A stretch of 62,536 bases of DNA, filler included, from Stramenopiles sp. TOSAG23-6 (GCA_900128565.1; 11 parts of 11 records of this genome joined end to end with filler, not necessarily neighbours in it), one strand, 5' to 3'. Positions 1 through 11,326 are shown, counted from the whole stretch's first letter. Numbers and translations are program-made. The notes: generated by a model not told the origin, from the letters alone.

Positions 1-54
1 GTACGAAATTTTGTACCTAACGATTTTTTTTTGAAATATTTTTCCAAAATACAT
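1..54 (+). other. Partial consensus intron (3' half), AT acceptor
   Basis: GTACGAAATTTTGTACCTAAC...TGAAATATTTTTCCAAAATACAT, followed by an open frame (.LDKEAWTICPIIAVTFGDG). Confidence 0.8.
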
Positions 55-440
55 GGTTAGATAAGGAAGCTTGGACTATTTGCCCTATTATTGCAGTGAC
101 GTTTGGTGATGGACTTGCTGAACCTGTAGCAGTCTATTGGTCGAGAAATAAGGTTTGCGGCGGTACTCATACGTATCAAACACGTGGCATGTGTACAACT
201 CGTAAGTTTACGCGTAGTATTGAAGGTTCCGCCACTGTATTTTTATGGACTGTGATTGCAATATTTTTCATTTATTCAGAACTTTCTGGTGCTGAACTTG
301 GCTTTCTACTAGTTGTCTTACCCATAAGTATGTCAGTTCTAGAAGCATATGCGCCACACTCTCTTGATAATCCTTTTTTACTTGGCTGGGGATACTTTTG
401 TCTTATTCTTGCACACTATTTTGGTGATTGGGTAGAATGA
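55..440 (+). CDS. Last exon of a CTP-transferase / phytol-dolichol-kinase-like membrane protein
   Basis: GDGLAEPV, RSIEGS and SLDN motifs with hydrophobic helices; 5' exons lie outside the window. Confidence 0.65.
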
Positions 441-595
441 TCTGATATTTTTGAGTACAAGAATAATTCTAAACTTGTTAATGATTTTTTTTTGATGCAA
501 AAAACATAAATAATGATTGAGTTCGATTTGTTCTTATTTTTTCAAAAGAAATACATAAAAAATGAGATACTTATACTCCAAGTTTTTTTTATTTT

Positions 596-3500
596 TTATT
601 TGATTGAATTCTTCACTAAAGGAGGGGGCATTGGTGCTGATGTATTTGGAATGTTTAATGAAGAATTCATCTGAATATCCATGGATTCACCAACTATTAA
701 GCCAGAGGTTACAGCAGACTGATGTCGAGTTATCTCCTTGGCCTCTTTGAAACTTTGCATTATTTCACATATTCTACGAAAATCTGGTCTTTTTTCAGGA
801 TCTTGGTGCCAACATGATGTTATTAAACTTGACCACTCTTCTGAAATTTCTATATTTAGTGGAGGTCTTTGCCCTTCCTGAACAATTTTTGAAATATCAT
901 GTCTATTAATATTTGTATACGGTATTCTTCTAGCTTGAATGACCCACAATAATATCCCATAGCTATACACATCAAACTCAATTGTCTTATCAATAAAAAA
1001 GTTTCCGTTATTTCCGAAAGATTCCGGAGGCATATATTTTGGGACATATTTGAAAAATTTGACTTTTTTTTTTGTTAGGTATAAAATTAAAAATTTTTTT
1101 TTTTTTGAAATTCATGATTAGGGTTAAGGTTAAACGTACATATATTCTAAAGTTCCTTCGACGGGTAGTAACTTCTTCGAAACCTCCGCTATCCGTGATG
1201 GATTCGAATGACGGCGAGTTTTGATTTTTCTCAGATTAGTTCGAAGTTTTGACAAGCCAAAATCGCAAAGTTTCACAACCCATTGTGAATCGTTCTCTGT
1301 ATGCATTGTGAAAAAATATTTTTTTTTTCGAAAAAAAAATCGTTAGTACGGAATTTTCTACCAAATTTTTTTTTTTTAAAGTTTTTAAAAAATTCAATGT
1401 TGAAAACTTATATTATTATTTCCTCGAGTGAGTAAAATATTATCTGGTTTTAGGTCTAAATGAAGAAGGCATTGTTTACCTCTTTCAATGTCTTCATAGT
1501 GAAGATATCGCATTCCTTGTGCAATTTGTAAAGAAATACGAAATTTAAAAGCTTTTGAAAACTCAATTTCTGTATTTAATATCATAGATTTCAAATTCGT
1601 TTCAAGATATTCGGTAATAATATATAAATTATCCTCACTATCCTTTGCAATACCATAAAACCACATTATATTTGGATGATGTAGTCGTGCAAGGGCAGCA
1701 CTTTCAGATTTAAACTCTTCTAAATCCTCTGTATGTAGAGTGAAAAAATATTTCAAAACTTTGATGTTTTTGTTAGGTACAAAATTTCGTATGAAAAATA
1801 AATAAATTTGTAATTTAACCATGAAAACGTACATCTAAAGTCACAGAAAATAACTGTTTTACTGCAACTGTTGTACCATCATATTTACCTTTAAACACTT
1901 GACCTGACCCTCCTGCTGCGATTTTGTCTCCTAACTGTACCTTATCAAATGGTATACACCATTTTTTAATAACGGCATCTCGGTCTTTTTCAGTTTTTTT
2001 ATTTATACTATTCAATACCCAATGTTTATGTTGCCACCAGATTAGTCCCAAAGCAGTGTGAAAAAATATTTCAAAAAAAATTCAAATTTGTTAGGTACAT
2101 TTTTTTTTATTTTCAGGAAAAAAAAAAGAAAAAAAAAAAACGTACTCGTAACGGTAAAACCAATAATACTAAAAAGACTAATTACAATGAGAGCTGTATA
2201 GTCTTCATCTGATGAAGCTGTAAAATTACATGTAGCCTCGGCAGACCAGAGTGTATGGATCATGAAAAATATTTCAAAAATTTAAATCGTTAGGTACAAA
2301 ATTTCGTACGAAAAAAAAATAAACTCGAAATTGAAATGAAAACGCACATCACAATCACAAATACCATTTATATCACATTGCGGTTCAGTTGCCAGACTAT
2401 TACTTTTAGTGGCACAAGTATTGTAAAAAAATATTTCAAAAAATTTTTGAAACTTGTTACAAAATTTTCGTACAAAAAAAAAATTTCGTACAAAAAAAAT
2501 TTTTAAATTTAAATTTCAAATTTAAATTAATAAATTGAAATGAATGATGAAACCGTACAAGTACTTTTACACGTTTGATAACATGTTATTTGAAGCGTGC
2601 TTTGACGATAAAAAGATTCAGGTGTAAGTAAAACCAAATTGCCCAACGGAGTCCCATCTACAGCATGAGGCTGATAGGACAGTGTATATGTTGGAGAAGT
2701 CGATACCCCAGATAAAAACCACATTTGAAATAAATGTATTGTGAAAAAATATTTTTTTTTGTAAAAAAAAATGTTAGGTACAGAATTTCGTACGAAAAAA
2801 AAAATGAAATTCCTCATGAAAGCGTACGTGATTTTTGTCAGGTCTTAAATTAATACAACCGGAAATTGAAGTTTCAGTATCCTCGTGGAGTGAAGAATCG
2901 AGTATTATATCAGTAGTACTTATCTGGATCCGAACACCCCCGCGTGACCCAGATAACTCAAACCTATATAACGTGTGCAATAAATCAACCTTGTTCTGAG
3001 TAAATAAATAGGTATACAATTTTGGTATGGAATGTAAACAAATAGTAAAGTTTGTAATAAACAAAATGCACGTAGAAGCGAAATCCCGCGCTATCAATAT
3101 TTGCAGCATCTGTCGCATTATCAGACACATTCAACATAGATGTTAATGAGACATAGCGAAGTTTAGGAGAGAAATTTTTGAGGGAAGGGCTGTTGACTAA
3201 CGTATAATACGACATATTTGTCGAGGTGCCACTTGCTGCGTTGGAAATATCGTTCACACTCGCGGATACTTCACTAGATGTGACAAATACACCGTTGATA
3301 AGAGTTTTGGGGTATTCAAGAAGCTCGACACATGTATCACATGGAACACATCCTCCTACAAAAGCATCCGCTTCCGCAGTTGTGATTACACCACACCCAC
3401 TGGTCTCTGCGTCAGCAACGTTTTCTTTTGTCACAACAAAATTTCCACTTGGACAAGTTTCAGTACGGAGGACCACTTCCTTTCCAGGTGTTATAGAGTT

Positions 3501-3686
3501 GCATCCAAAACGTGCGTAGTATGGAAATCCTTTCGGAGTTGTGGTGCACACACCACAAGTAGCATTTGCAGTGTAAGAGTAGCTCACTGTCCACGAATTA
3601 CTAATAGATAATGTAGGACTTAAAACGAATACAACTCCAAAAAAAAGCACAGAGTACAAGGAATAGATATTATATAAACCACTCAT
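596..3686 (-). CDS. Receptor-like TKL-type protein kinase (signal peptide, Cys-rich ectodomain, TM helix, kinase domain); 9 exons
   Basis: Exons 3686-3072, 2965-2828, 2733-2559, 2415-2348, 2254-2146, 2050-1833, 1732-1412, 1300-1140, 1031-596 join in frame. Motifs GGSGQV, VAVK, HLDLKPDN, DFG, GTLEYMPPE, DVYSYG. Confidence 0.9.
1032..1139 (-). other. GT-AT intron (kinase)
   Basis: TAT AT|GTACGTTT...CAAAATATAT|G CCT restores GTLEYMPPE. Confidence 0.9.
1301..1411 (-). other. AT-AT intron (kinase)
   Basis: AAT|ATAAGTTTT...CACAATGCAT|ACA; contains an in-frame stop between HLDLKPDN and DFG. Confidence 0.75.
1733..1832 (-). other. GT-AT intron (kinase)
   Basis: GAT|GTACGTTTT...GTACCTAAC...CACTCTACAT|ACA. 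Confidence 0.9.
2051..2145 (-). other. GT-TT intron (kinase)
   Basis: A|GTACGTTTT...CACACTGCTT|TG; 3' end aligned by position to the consensus and compatible with the frame. Confidence 0.7.
2255..2347 (-). other. GT-AT intron (kinase)
   Basis: GAT|GTGCGTTTT...CATGATCCAT|ACA with the full core motif. Confidence 0.85.
2416..2558 (-). other. GT-TT intron (kinase)
   Basis: ACT T|GTACGG...CAATACTT|GT GCC; TACTTGT direct repeat at both junctions. Confidence 0.75.
2734..2827 (-). other. GT-AT intron (kinase)
   Basis: CAC|GTACGC...CACAATACAT|TTA. Confidence 0.85.
2966..3071 (-). other. Degenerate GT-AT intron (kinase)
   Basis: TAC|GTGCATTTT...CACACGTTATAT|AGG restores the frame. Confidence 0.65.
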
Positions 3687-3970
3687 CTAGCCAGATCAGA
3701 TGCACTAAATATCTAGAGATTAAATATTATTCTGTTGTTCCATTTTAATAGGGATATGTAAACGGAATTAGAATCATTAAAATAAGAATAATGTGGTAGG
3801 ACCTCAATGAAATTTGAAGAATTGAATATTTTGAAACTTTCAAATTTTTTCAAGTCGAGTCAGCGTCGGAATAATAGTACGAATTACAGTACTATAGTAA
3901 TAGTATGACCATCCATACTAACTACAACTGTTGAATAGGTTCATTCACTAGGGACATACTTATTAAGAAA

Positions 3971-5296
3971 ATGGTATCTCAAAATTGGTTGGACAGCCCA
4001 GTACTTACAAAGCGCCAACGAGGTGCTTTGTTTAGTATGTTTAAGACTGGTGGTAAAGGATATTGTATTAAAGCTGAGGTATTATTAAAAAAACTTCGTT
4101 CGAAACCCAAATTACTCCATAAAATGAATACTTGGGCAAGCGGTGGAGACGGCACAGCTGCATTTAATGCACAAGTTGAAGCTGAAATAATACGATCAGA
4201 TCCACGCGAAGTGCATTACATTGATAGAAACCTAGAAAAAGAATTAATTGCTAAAATTGCAAACTATGCAACGGAGGCAGTAGCAGATAACGAGTTGAAA
4301 ATTAGCGTCAACGATTTTGTTGATTGGCTCGAACCAAAGCGGGGTAGTTCTAAGGGAAAGAAAAAGAAAAGATTAACAACCGTCGATTTAAATATAGCTG
4401 AAAATAATGTGCATGATTTTGATAGTCGTAGTTTAGAGTGCAGTATTAAAAGTGTAGTTGATAAGCATTTGACGGGCAAGGATAAAGTACCTGATTTTGA
4501 TAGTAGTAGTTTAGAAGGTACCACAGACGCTTCCACCGGAGGTACAGAAGGAGAAGTATCCCTTTTGTCTGTAGTGTCTAATAGTAATAGTATAGAAAAT
4601 AACTGTAGTATACAAAATGTGGAACTGTCACGACGAAAGCGTATAGATTCAATAACAACAGATCTTTCCATTGCTTGGAGTGCACCTATCAGACTTCCTT
4701 CAGAAAGTATCTGGAATGGAATACAGCCAAGACCTCGAACTTGTGCAAAGGGTTCAAAACAACAAAACCAACAAAACCAACAAAAACAGCAAAAGTCAAA
4801 AATATGCACTTTCTCTCGCGGACCTCCTACGGATGGATCCATCGGTTTTATTAATCAATCTAGATCTATTCATTTGAACCATCAAACATCTAGAGAATCG
4901 GGTGATGTGTCTTTTGATATAACAGAAAATTCAAAAATTAGAGAAAACGAAACAGTAGAGAACACCAAAGTAGTACATAAACCAAAAGCGAGATTTACTT
5001 GTCGAAAGTGCCGGTTTTTATTATTTACGCAAGATGATTTAGAAACTCACCAAATAGGTGTTCATGGCTTTGGCTGGCAACAAAAACGAGGCAAATCTTG
5101 CCAGTCGCTTTTCGTGTCTGAAAGATTGCCTTGGATGACGGATTGCACATACGGGATAGAGAACAAAACAATTTGTCCAAAATGCAGGACTAAGCTAGGG
5201 AGTATCAAATGGTGTGGTGCCCAATGCTCCTGTGGTACGTGGATTACACCTGCGCTTCAATTTCCTCTGAGTAAAATAGATGTCAAGTTTTTATAG
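3971..5296 (+). CDS. Protein with a C-terminal YVH1/DUSP12-type zinc-binding domain; no phosphatase domain seen
   Basis: CRKCR..H..C..W..CPKC..KLG..W.G.QCSCG.WITP pattern; intronless ORF. Confidence 0.75.
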   Translation: MVSQNWLDSPVLTKRQRGALFSMFKTGGKGYCIKAEVLLKKLRSKPKLLHKMNTWASGGDGTAAFNAQVEAEIIRSDPREVHYIDRNLEKELIAKIANYATEAVADNELKISVNDFVDWLEPKRGSSKGKKKKRLTTVDLNIAENNVHDFDSRSLECSIKSVVDKHLTGKDKVPDFDSSSLEGTTDASTGGTEGEVSLLSVVSNSNSIENNCSIQNVELSRRKRIDSITTDLSIAWSAPIRLPSESIWNGIQPRPRTCAKGSKQQNQQNQQKQQKSKICTFSRGPPTDGSIGFINQSRSIHLNHQTSRESGDVSFDITENSKIRENETVENTKVVHKPKARFTCRKCRFLLFTQDDLETHQIGVHGFGWQQKRGKSCQSLFVSERLPWMTDCTYGIENKTICPKCRTKLGSIKWCGAQCSCGTWITPALQFPLSKIDVKFL

Positions 5297-5557
5297 AAAA
5301 AAAAAATGTTTTTTTTATTAGGTACAAAATTTCGTACCAAAAAAAAAAAATAGAGGTCAAGTTTTTATAGATTTCCAAATACAGAAAAAATATACTTTAT
5401 TTTTTAAAAAAACACAATGTTTTGACACCAAAATGTAAATAAATATTCATTTTTTTTCAAAACAAAACTAAAGAACTCAATATTTCTAAAATTGTTATTC
5501 GTCTTCCAACAATAGTTATACAAAGTTTCACTTCATCTTCTTTCTCATTGCAACAAT

Positions 5558-5613
5558 ATGTATTTTGGAAAAATATTTCAAAAAAAATCTAAAAAAATTT
5601 GTTAGGTACAAAA
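5558..5613 (-). other. Partial consensus intron at contig end, AT acceptor
   Basis: TTTTGTACCTAAC...TTCCAAAATACAT on the minus strand. Confidence 0.7.
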
Positions 5614-5713
5614 NNNNNNNNNNNNNNNNNNNNNNNNNNNNNNNNNNNNNNNNNNNNTTAATTAATTAANNNNNNNNNNNNNNNNNNNNNNNNNNNNNNN
5701 NNNNNNNNNNNNN
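5614..5713. other. Artificial contig linker (N-run + TTAATTAATTAA + N-run); also at 11327, 17038, 22746, 28453, 34156, 39857, 45532, 51203, 56873
   Basis: Same 100-nt layout each time, with stops in all six frames. Confidence 0.97.
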
Positions 5714-6108
5714 ATAAAAGAAACATGTCAAAATCCAGAAGAAGTTACTTATTCTGATCGATGTTGCGGACCTTCGGAATCTTTTCTTTTCACTTCAAAC
5801 GTTGACATTCTGCGTATAAAAGAATTAGAAAATGAGTTGTTCGAAGAGAGGTCTAAAGTTAAAAAATTGAGTCAAATGCTACAAGAAGAGCTCACTAGTA
5901 GTATAAAACAAACAGTTTCGCTCCGTTCCAAATATATAATTCGGGCATTAGAACGAAAACAGCGAAATAAACTAACCAAAAGTCGGGAATAATAATGATA
6001 CTATGTACTCAATTGTAATTTTCAATGATTACATAAATTTTGTTATAGGTCCTATAAATCCTATAATATGAATTTTATATATAAAAGAATCAAAAAATAT
6101 ATACAGAT

Positions 6109-7219
6109 TTACTTTTTTTTTTGTCTTTTTACTTTCAATTTTGTAGATTTTGACTTTATAGGACGTTTTTTTACATTGGATTTTCCAGGACTAGACAATC
6201 TCTGAAAAACAAATGTGTTTTCTGAAGATGCTTTTTCATTAAACGCGTATGTATTGTGAATAAAAATGTTCTACATTGGAAATTTGTTACGAAATTTATA
6301 CGAAAAAACACTGAAAATAAAAAAAATGAATTTGAAACTGAGGGAAGGAAACATAGTGAAAAATGTGTTTTACGTTATATAAAATTGTTAGCTACGAAAT
6401 CGTTTGTGAAAAAAAATGAAATTTCTGATAAAGAGAAAACATACAACCTCCTTTATAGTAATCCCCTCCGTCGAATTCCTTCAATTTTTCAAGACTATCG
6501 ATTTCGTTGGATATCAAATATCTAGTCATGGCACCTCTGGCCATTTTAGCATAGACAGAAGGACCAGGAAACATACATGTTATTACAGGTGCGTTTAATT
6601 CTTCTACATGAATACTTTTAAAATATTCCTGTGAAGCTACGTTGATTACCCTGACATTACCCCTTTGTTTTTTTTTACACGTGAGTTTCTTTATATCTTT
6701 ATTTAATGCATCTGTAATTTGAGAACCCCAAAATTCATAATTGTTCTTACCTTTAGCTGTGGATAACTTCTTGCTCATATCGAGTCTGTATGGGCGAATT
6801 TTATCGCAGGGTCGAAGTACACCGTATAGTCCACATAAAATACGAAGATGACTTTGCGCGAAAGTCATCTGAGAACTATCAAGTTCTGGAAATCGCAGTG
6901 TTTTATACGCAGCACCAGAAAACATCATACCAGCCTGTTTTTGTTTCAAGTCCATCCAATTTTGATACCTTTCGAAGTTTAGACAACCAATCTTCCCTTT
7001 AACACCTAAAAGTTTGTCCAACTCCTTACGAGTCAACTTTCCCAAAGCATCAGCAAGGTATTCAGCACCCTTACCCAAAAGAGGTTTAGTTGATGCTACG
7101 GGGCATTTCACTGTAGTTTCGTCGAGGGTTTTCGCGGGAGATAATACTATTAGAAATTCCATACGCATATTTCCTTGTTTTACAGATGAAGAAAGACGCT
7201 GGCCAACACTGCGCAGCAT
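6109..7219 (-). CDS. yaaA: YaaA/DUF328 (peroxide stress) family protein; 2 exons
   Basis: LSPAKTLD, GLYGVLRP.D.I.PYRLDM, INVASQEY, AKMARG.M; exon 2 (6248-6109) supplies GYAF..S....VFQR. Confidence 0.9.
6249..6444 (-). other. GT-AT intron, double length
   Basis: GGT T|GTATGTTTT...CACAATACAT|AC GCG. Confidence 0.85.
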
Positions 7220-7510
7220 TAATAAGTTGTATTTATTTTTGGTCTGTTTAGAGTTAGAGAGACTTCAAAAAAAAAGAAGACATTGAATTTTGAGAATTAT
7301 TGGATGATCGGTCCACGGTTACCCGGTAATGGTACATTGACGGTTACTTCTAACGGAAGAAGAAGACCTCTGGCAAAAACGTGCATTTACTTTCAGAATC
7401 AATTTCCAATTGTAAAGGTGCATCTACTTTTCAGAATCAATTTCCGATTTTGAGCAATAAAATACCAATTTGGAATAGTTCTAGCTCTAGCATATTAACT
7501 TTCGGGGGAA

Positions 7511-7960
7511 ATGTTACAACGTAAGGCCGCCGCCGCCGTAGATAATAAAATCGCGTCGTCTTTACCATTTGCAGTGTTACTACACCTAAATAGGTATTTT
7601 GCGACTACCTATTTTCTACTTAATATAGCATTATTTATCTACAAAGACTACAAATATCCATATCCTGACAATGGAAGTTATGGTTGGGAAGTTACTTTTA
7701 TATTTTTTTTCCTTTGTATTGAATATATAAGGTTATTTCTAGGCTCCAAGGGAAACAAAACGGAACAAATTGAGCCTCTTTTTTGGTTTATTGGACTTTC
7801 AATTGGCACTATTCTACTCAACATTTACTACTTAAAACTACAGACATATGTATTACAGATTGATGCGATCATAAATATTATGTCTTTAGTGCTTGTGTCT
7901 GGAGAACTTTTATTTTGTACTTTAGCAGCTTTAACTTTTGCACGAAATGGGAAACTTTAA
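7511..7960 (+). CDS. TMEM216/TMEM17 family ciliary transition-zone membrane protein
   Basis: SSLPF..LL..N, RLFLGSKGNKTE, LQTYVL motifs; four TM segments. Confidence 0.85.
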   Translation: MLQRKAAAAVDNKIASSLPFAVLLHLNRYFATTYFLLNIALFIYKDYKYPYPDNGSYGWEVTFIFFFLCIEYIRLFLGSKGNKTEQIEPLFWFIGLSIGTILLNIYYLKLQTYVLQIDAIINIMSLVLVSGELLFCTLAALTFARNGKL

Positions 7961-8231
7961 CTTTTCCATGGTTTGGGATGAAATGGGAAACTTTGAATCG
8001 AGAATAGAAAAAATAGTACTATCGCCATAGAGGAAGCATTATTTTACTAACAGTAAGAAAATTATACCTATAAACATATTATTATTGAATCGTTTGTGTT
8101 TTGTTTGGCAATTTTTCACCTGTACCATTAAATTTTCTCAACTCGTCTCATGAGACTTCGCAGTTACCGGGTAATGTGTAGAAAAAAATTCAGTCCCTGA
8201 CGCCTTGGACTCTTCGAAATATACTTCAATA

Positions 8232-9623
8232 ATGTCGGGCATGGGTTGTACTGCATGTGATCTTGTGGATGCCTTTGTTACAGAAGAGAGTCATCGAGCT
8301 CACTTTAAATCTGATTGGCATCGGTACAACTTACGCCGTAAACAAGCTGAAATGATGCCTGTGAGCGAAAAACAGTTTATTCAGCGTAGACGAAGAGCGC
8401 AAATGCTTTTGGAGGCTGAATCTCGAAAAGAAGCTGAAGAGGCTGATAGAATTTTTTATTGCGATGTATGCAGCAAGCACTTCAATAGTTCTAGTATGTT
8501 AGAACAACATCTTCTCTCTAAAAAGCATGCCTTGGCTGTAAAGAAAGGTGGGTCAAGTCGACAGAAGAAGAAGAAAAATTACGAAAATAGAAAAAACAAG
8601 CAACAGAAGAAGAAGAAAATAGAACCCGTACGTGGGGAGAAAATCACAAATATACCACAGAGTCCAGAGCAAGAACTTGCTACACCTATTGCGCCGTCTT
8701 TGAATTCTCCAAAACGGGTTTCTTTCAATCTTGAAAAGTCTACAAATGTAGAACCTAACGTCGTGATCCCTAGCATGGGTCAAGAAGAAACATCTACTCA
8801 ACAACCAGAAGGTATTAAAAACGGTATATGTCTATTTTGTTCACATGAGAGCCCATGTGGTACGGCAGAAGGTGTTATGTCACATATGTTTAACGAACAT
8901 GGTTTTTTTCTTCCTGATCAAGAATATCTTCACGATTTGTCTGGTTTGAAAAAATATTTGGGGGAAAAAGTTGGTATTGGTTACCTCTGTCTGTATTGCC
9001 AAAAAGGCTTCTCATCAAAACAAGCATGCCAGCAACATATGATTGATTCATCTCATTGCAAGTTGTTGTATGATCCTGCTATAGACACTTGTGAGTATAC
9101 TGATTTTTATGATTTTTCATCATCTTGGGCTGGTGTTGATGCTGGCGTTGATGGGACATCTTTGCTAGCATCTCGTAGAGTTCGTGTTGACCATAATGGT
9201 GAATTAATACTAGAAGATGGAAGATTAGTTGGACACCGAGACTACCAGCGTGTGTATAAGCAAAAGGTTGTCACTGAAGACAATCGAGAACAAGTTGTTG
9301 CTAATATGTCATCAATTGCAGAAAGAATATTAGGTAAAGAGATGGCATCTGCTTTTGTACAAGCGAGATTGTCGGATGTACCTCATAGTGCCCGACTTTC
9401 TGCTCATGGACGAAGTCAAACACAGAGAAGTAAAGCTCTCATGGGACTATCACCAATGCAGATACAGGCCGTTCGCAAGGCTCGTACTGTTGCACACAAA
9501 GCTATTACACTTCAAAATCATAAATTTTATAAAAATCGTTCAAAGGTCCAATGGAATCAAAACAAATTGAACGTTCTCAATATTGGATCAAATAATAAGC
9601 TTGGACTTTCATGGAAAAAATAA
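8232..9623 (+). CDS. ZNF622: Pre-60S maturation zinc-finger protein ZNF622/Rei1
   Basis: HFKSDWHRYNLRRK, CLFC...HM..EHGFFLPD.EYL.D..GL, GHRDY.RVYKQ. Confidence 0.93.
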   Translation: MSGMGCTACDLVDAFVTEESHRAHFKSDWHRYNLRRKQAEMMPVSEKQFIQRRRRAQMLLEAESRKEAEEADRIFYCDVCSKHFNSSSMLEQHLLSKKHALAVKKGGSSRQKKKKNYENRKNKQQKKKKIEPVRGEKITNIPQSPEQELATPIAPSLNSPKRVSFNLEKSTNVEPNVVIPSMGQEETSTQQPEGIKNGICLFCSHESPCGTAEGVMSHMFNEHGFFLPDQEYLHDLSGLKKYLGEKVGIGYLCLYCQKGFSSKQACQQHMIDSSHCKLLYDPAIDTCEYTDFYDFSSSWAGVDAGVDGTSLLASRRVRVDHNGELILEDGRLVGHRDYQRVYKQKVVTEDNREQVVANMSSIAERILGKEMASAFVQARLSDVPHSARLSAHGRSQTQRSKALMGLSPMQIQAVRKARTVAHKAITLQNHKFYKNRSKVQWNQNKLNVLNIGSNNKLGLSWKK

Positions 9624-9782
9624 TGTAATAAATTATTTGATGAAAAAAATGTGTTTCTCTCTTTTTTTATTTTACATATGAATGCATTAATACTAGAGAA
9701 AACAGAGGGAGTTAATTAAATGACCCCCTAAAAAGACTTATCTTTAAGTAAGCCTTTTATGATACATAATGAGATACTTGAC

Positions 9783-11326
9783 TTAAGCAACTTCATCTTT
9801 TGTGACCCATTTGTGGTCATCTTTTTCACCAATGTAATGCTCCTCCAAATTATTTGGGTCAATACCATGCATGTATCATGGAAAAATATTTTTTTTTAAT
9901 AAAAAAATTGTTAGGTACAAATTTTTCTATGAAAACAAATGTAGATAAAAAAAATACATGATGAAAACGTACATTGGGTTTTCAGCATGGTACTCCAGTG
10001 CTTTCACAAACAACTTTGTGGTTACAGGATTATTCAGAAGAGGGACATCAAAATCCACTGCTGCGCGACGAATAGTGTAATTATCAGCAAGACTCACTGA
10101 ATTTTCATTTGGAAGATTTATAGCCAAATCAATCTTCCCTTCTTTAATGAGCTCCACAGCGTCATCTTCACCTTTTCCGGGCCATGGCGCAAGAGTACTT
10201 TCAACATTATTTGCCTGAAAAAAAGCATGCGTACGTTCTGTAGCAAATAGATTGTAACCAAGTTGAGTTAAGTTGTATGCGGAGTGAATAAAATCTTGTT
10301 TGTACTCATCTTGAATCGATACAAGAATATTTCGTGTATCAACAGGAAGATTAAACCTTGCCGCAAGTAAACCTTTCATAAAAGCCTCTTCTTTATTTGC
10401 TCCAAAACACGCAACTTCACCTGTAGATGCCATTTCCACGCCCAGTGTCGGGTCTGCACCTCGAAGACGAGTGAATGAAAACATTGGGACTTTCACACCT
10501 ACATATGAGCTAGGTCGTGGTGCTTTGTCCAAAGTGGGTAAATCGTCATCTTCTTGTGGCTCGTCGAGCATTGCGCGAGTTGCAACATTGATGAAATCAG
10601 TACCGACAGTCTTCGAGACAAAAGGTACAGAACGTGATGCTCGAAGATTACATTCGATACATTTTATATCAGCATCTTTAGCCAGAAACTGAACGTTGAA
10701 CGGACCAGTAATGTTCAAAGCATCTGCTATCTTTGCAGCATCCTCCCGAACACGCGAAATTTGAAATTTAGATAACTCTTGTGGTGGTAATACATGCGTA
10801 GCATCACCAGAATGTACTCCTGCATTCTCCACATGTTCAGCAACGGCATGACAGATAATCTTGCCATCCTTTGCAACAGCATCAACTTCAACTTCATAAC
10901 AACCATCAATGAATTCAGTAATCACAACAGGTTTGTCTTGGGATACTTCAGCAGCATTAGCAAGAAAAGCTTCAAGCTGTGAAGGATCTCGGGCGACCTT
11001 CATAGCTGCTCCAGAAAGAACATGTAACGTAGGCAAATATTGTTTTTTGTAAACATTCTTTAGTTACAAAATTTTCATAGTAAAAATAAATCAAATTGAA
11101 ATTGATTATGAAAACGTACATATGATGGGCGAATCAGAACCGGGTAACGTTGCTCACACCATGTACGTGCATCATCCAATGTGGAGAGGGCTGACCATGC
11201 TGGTTGGTCAACTCCAATCGTATGTATTTTGGAAAAATATTTCAAAAAAAATTTTAAAAAATTGTTAGGTACAAAATTTACTATAAAACAAAAATTCGTA
11301 TTTGAAAAAAAATAAAACAAACATCC
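9783..11326 (-). CDS. Carbamoyl-phosphate synthetase large chain, C-terminal part (ATP-grasp + MGS domain); 5' truncated by contig end
   Basis: RPSYVLSGAAM after splicing, EHVENAGVHSGDA, IECNLRASRS.PFVSK, EMASTGEV. Confidence 0.95.
9871..9972 (-). other. GT-AT intron (CPS)
   Basis: CCA AT|GTACGTTTT...CATGATACAT|G CAT. Confidence 0.85.
11022..11119 (-). other. GT-AT intron (CPS)
   Basis: TCA TAT|GTACGTTTT...CGTTACAT|GTT CTT restores RPSY-VLSG. Confidence 0.93.
11222..11322 (-). other. GT-AT intron (CPS)
   Basis: GAT|GTTTGTTTT...CAAAATACAT|ACG ATT GGA gives D-TIGVDQP. Confidence 0.8.

Noticed and set aside
596-1834. Alternative genetic code (stop reassignment) to explain broken ORFs
   Set aside because: Long intronless genes translate cleanly with the standard code, and TAA, TAG and TGA all end genes. 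The breaks coincide with the intron family.
2527-2817. Phe-rich peptides such as FFVRNFVPN / FFRTKFCT recurring in many ORFs as a protein motif
   Set aside because: These are translations of the intron core read through by the ORF caller.
1032-3071. DNA-level excised elements (ciliate IES-like) or pseudogenising insertions
   Set aside because: Strict sense orientation, a GTAYGT donor and a CTAAC branch-like motif point to RNA splicing, and the host genes are essential and otherwise intact. Not formally excluded without RNA data.
5614-5713. TTAATTAATTAA motif recurring every ~5.7 kb
   Set aside because: Artificial six-frame-stop linker between contigs; gene adjacency across linkers has no meaning.
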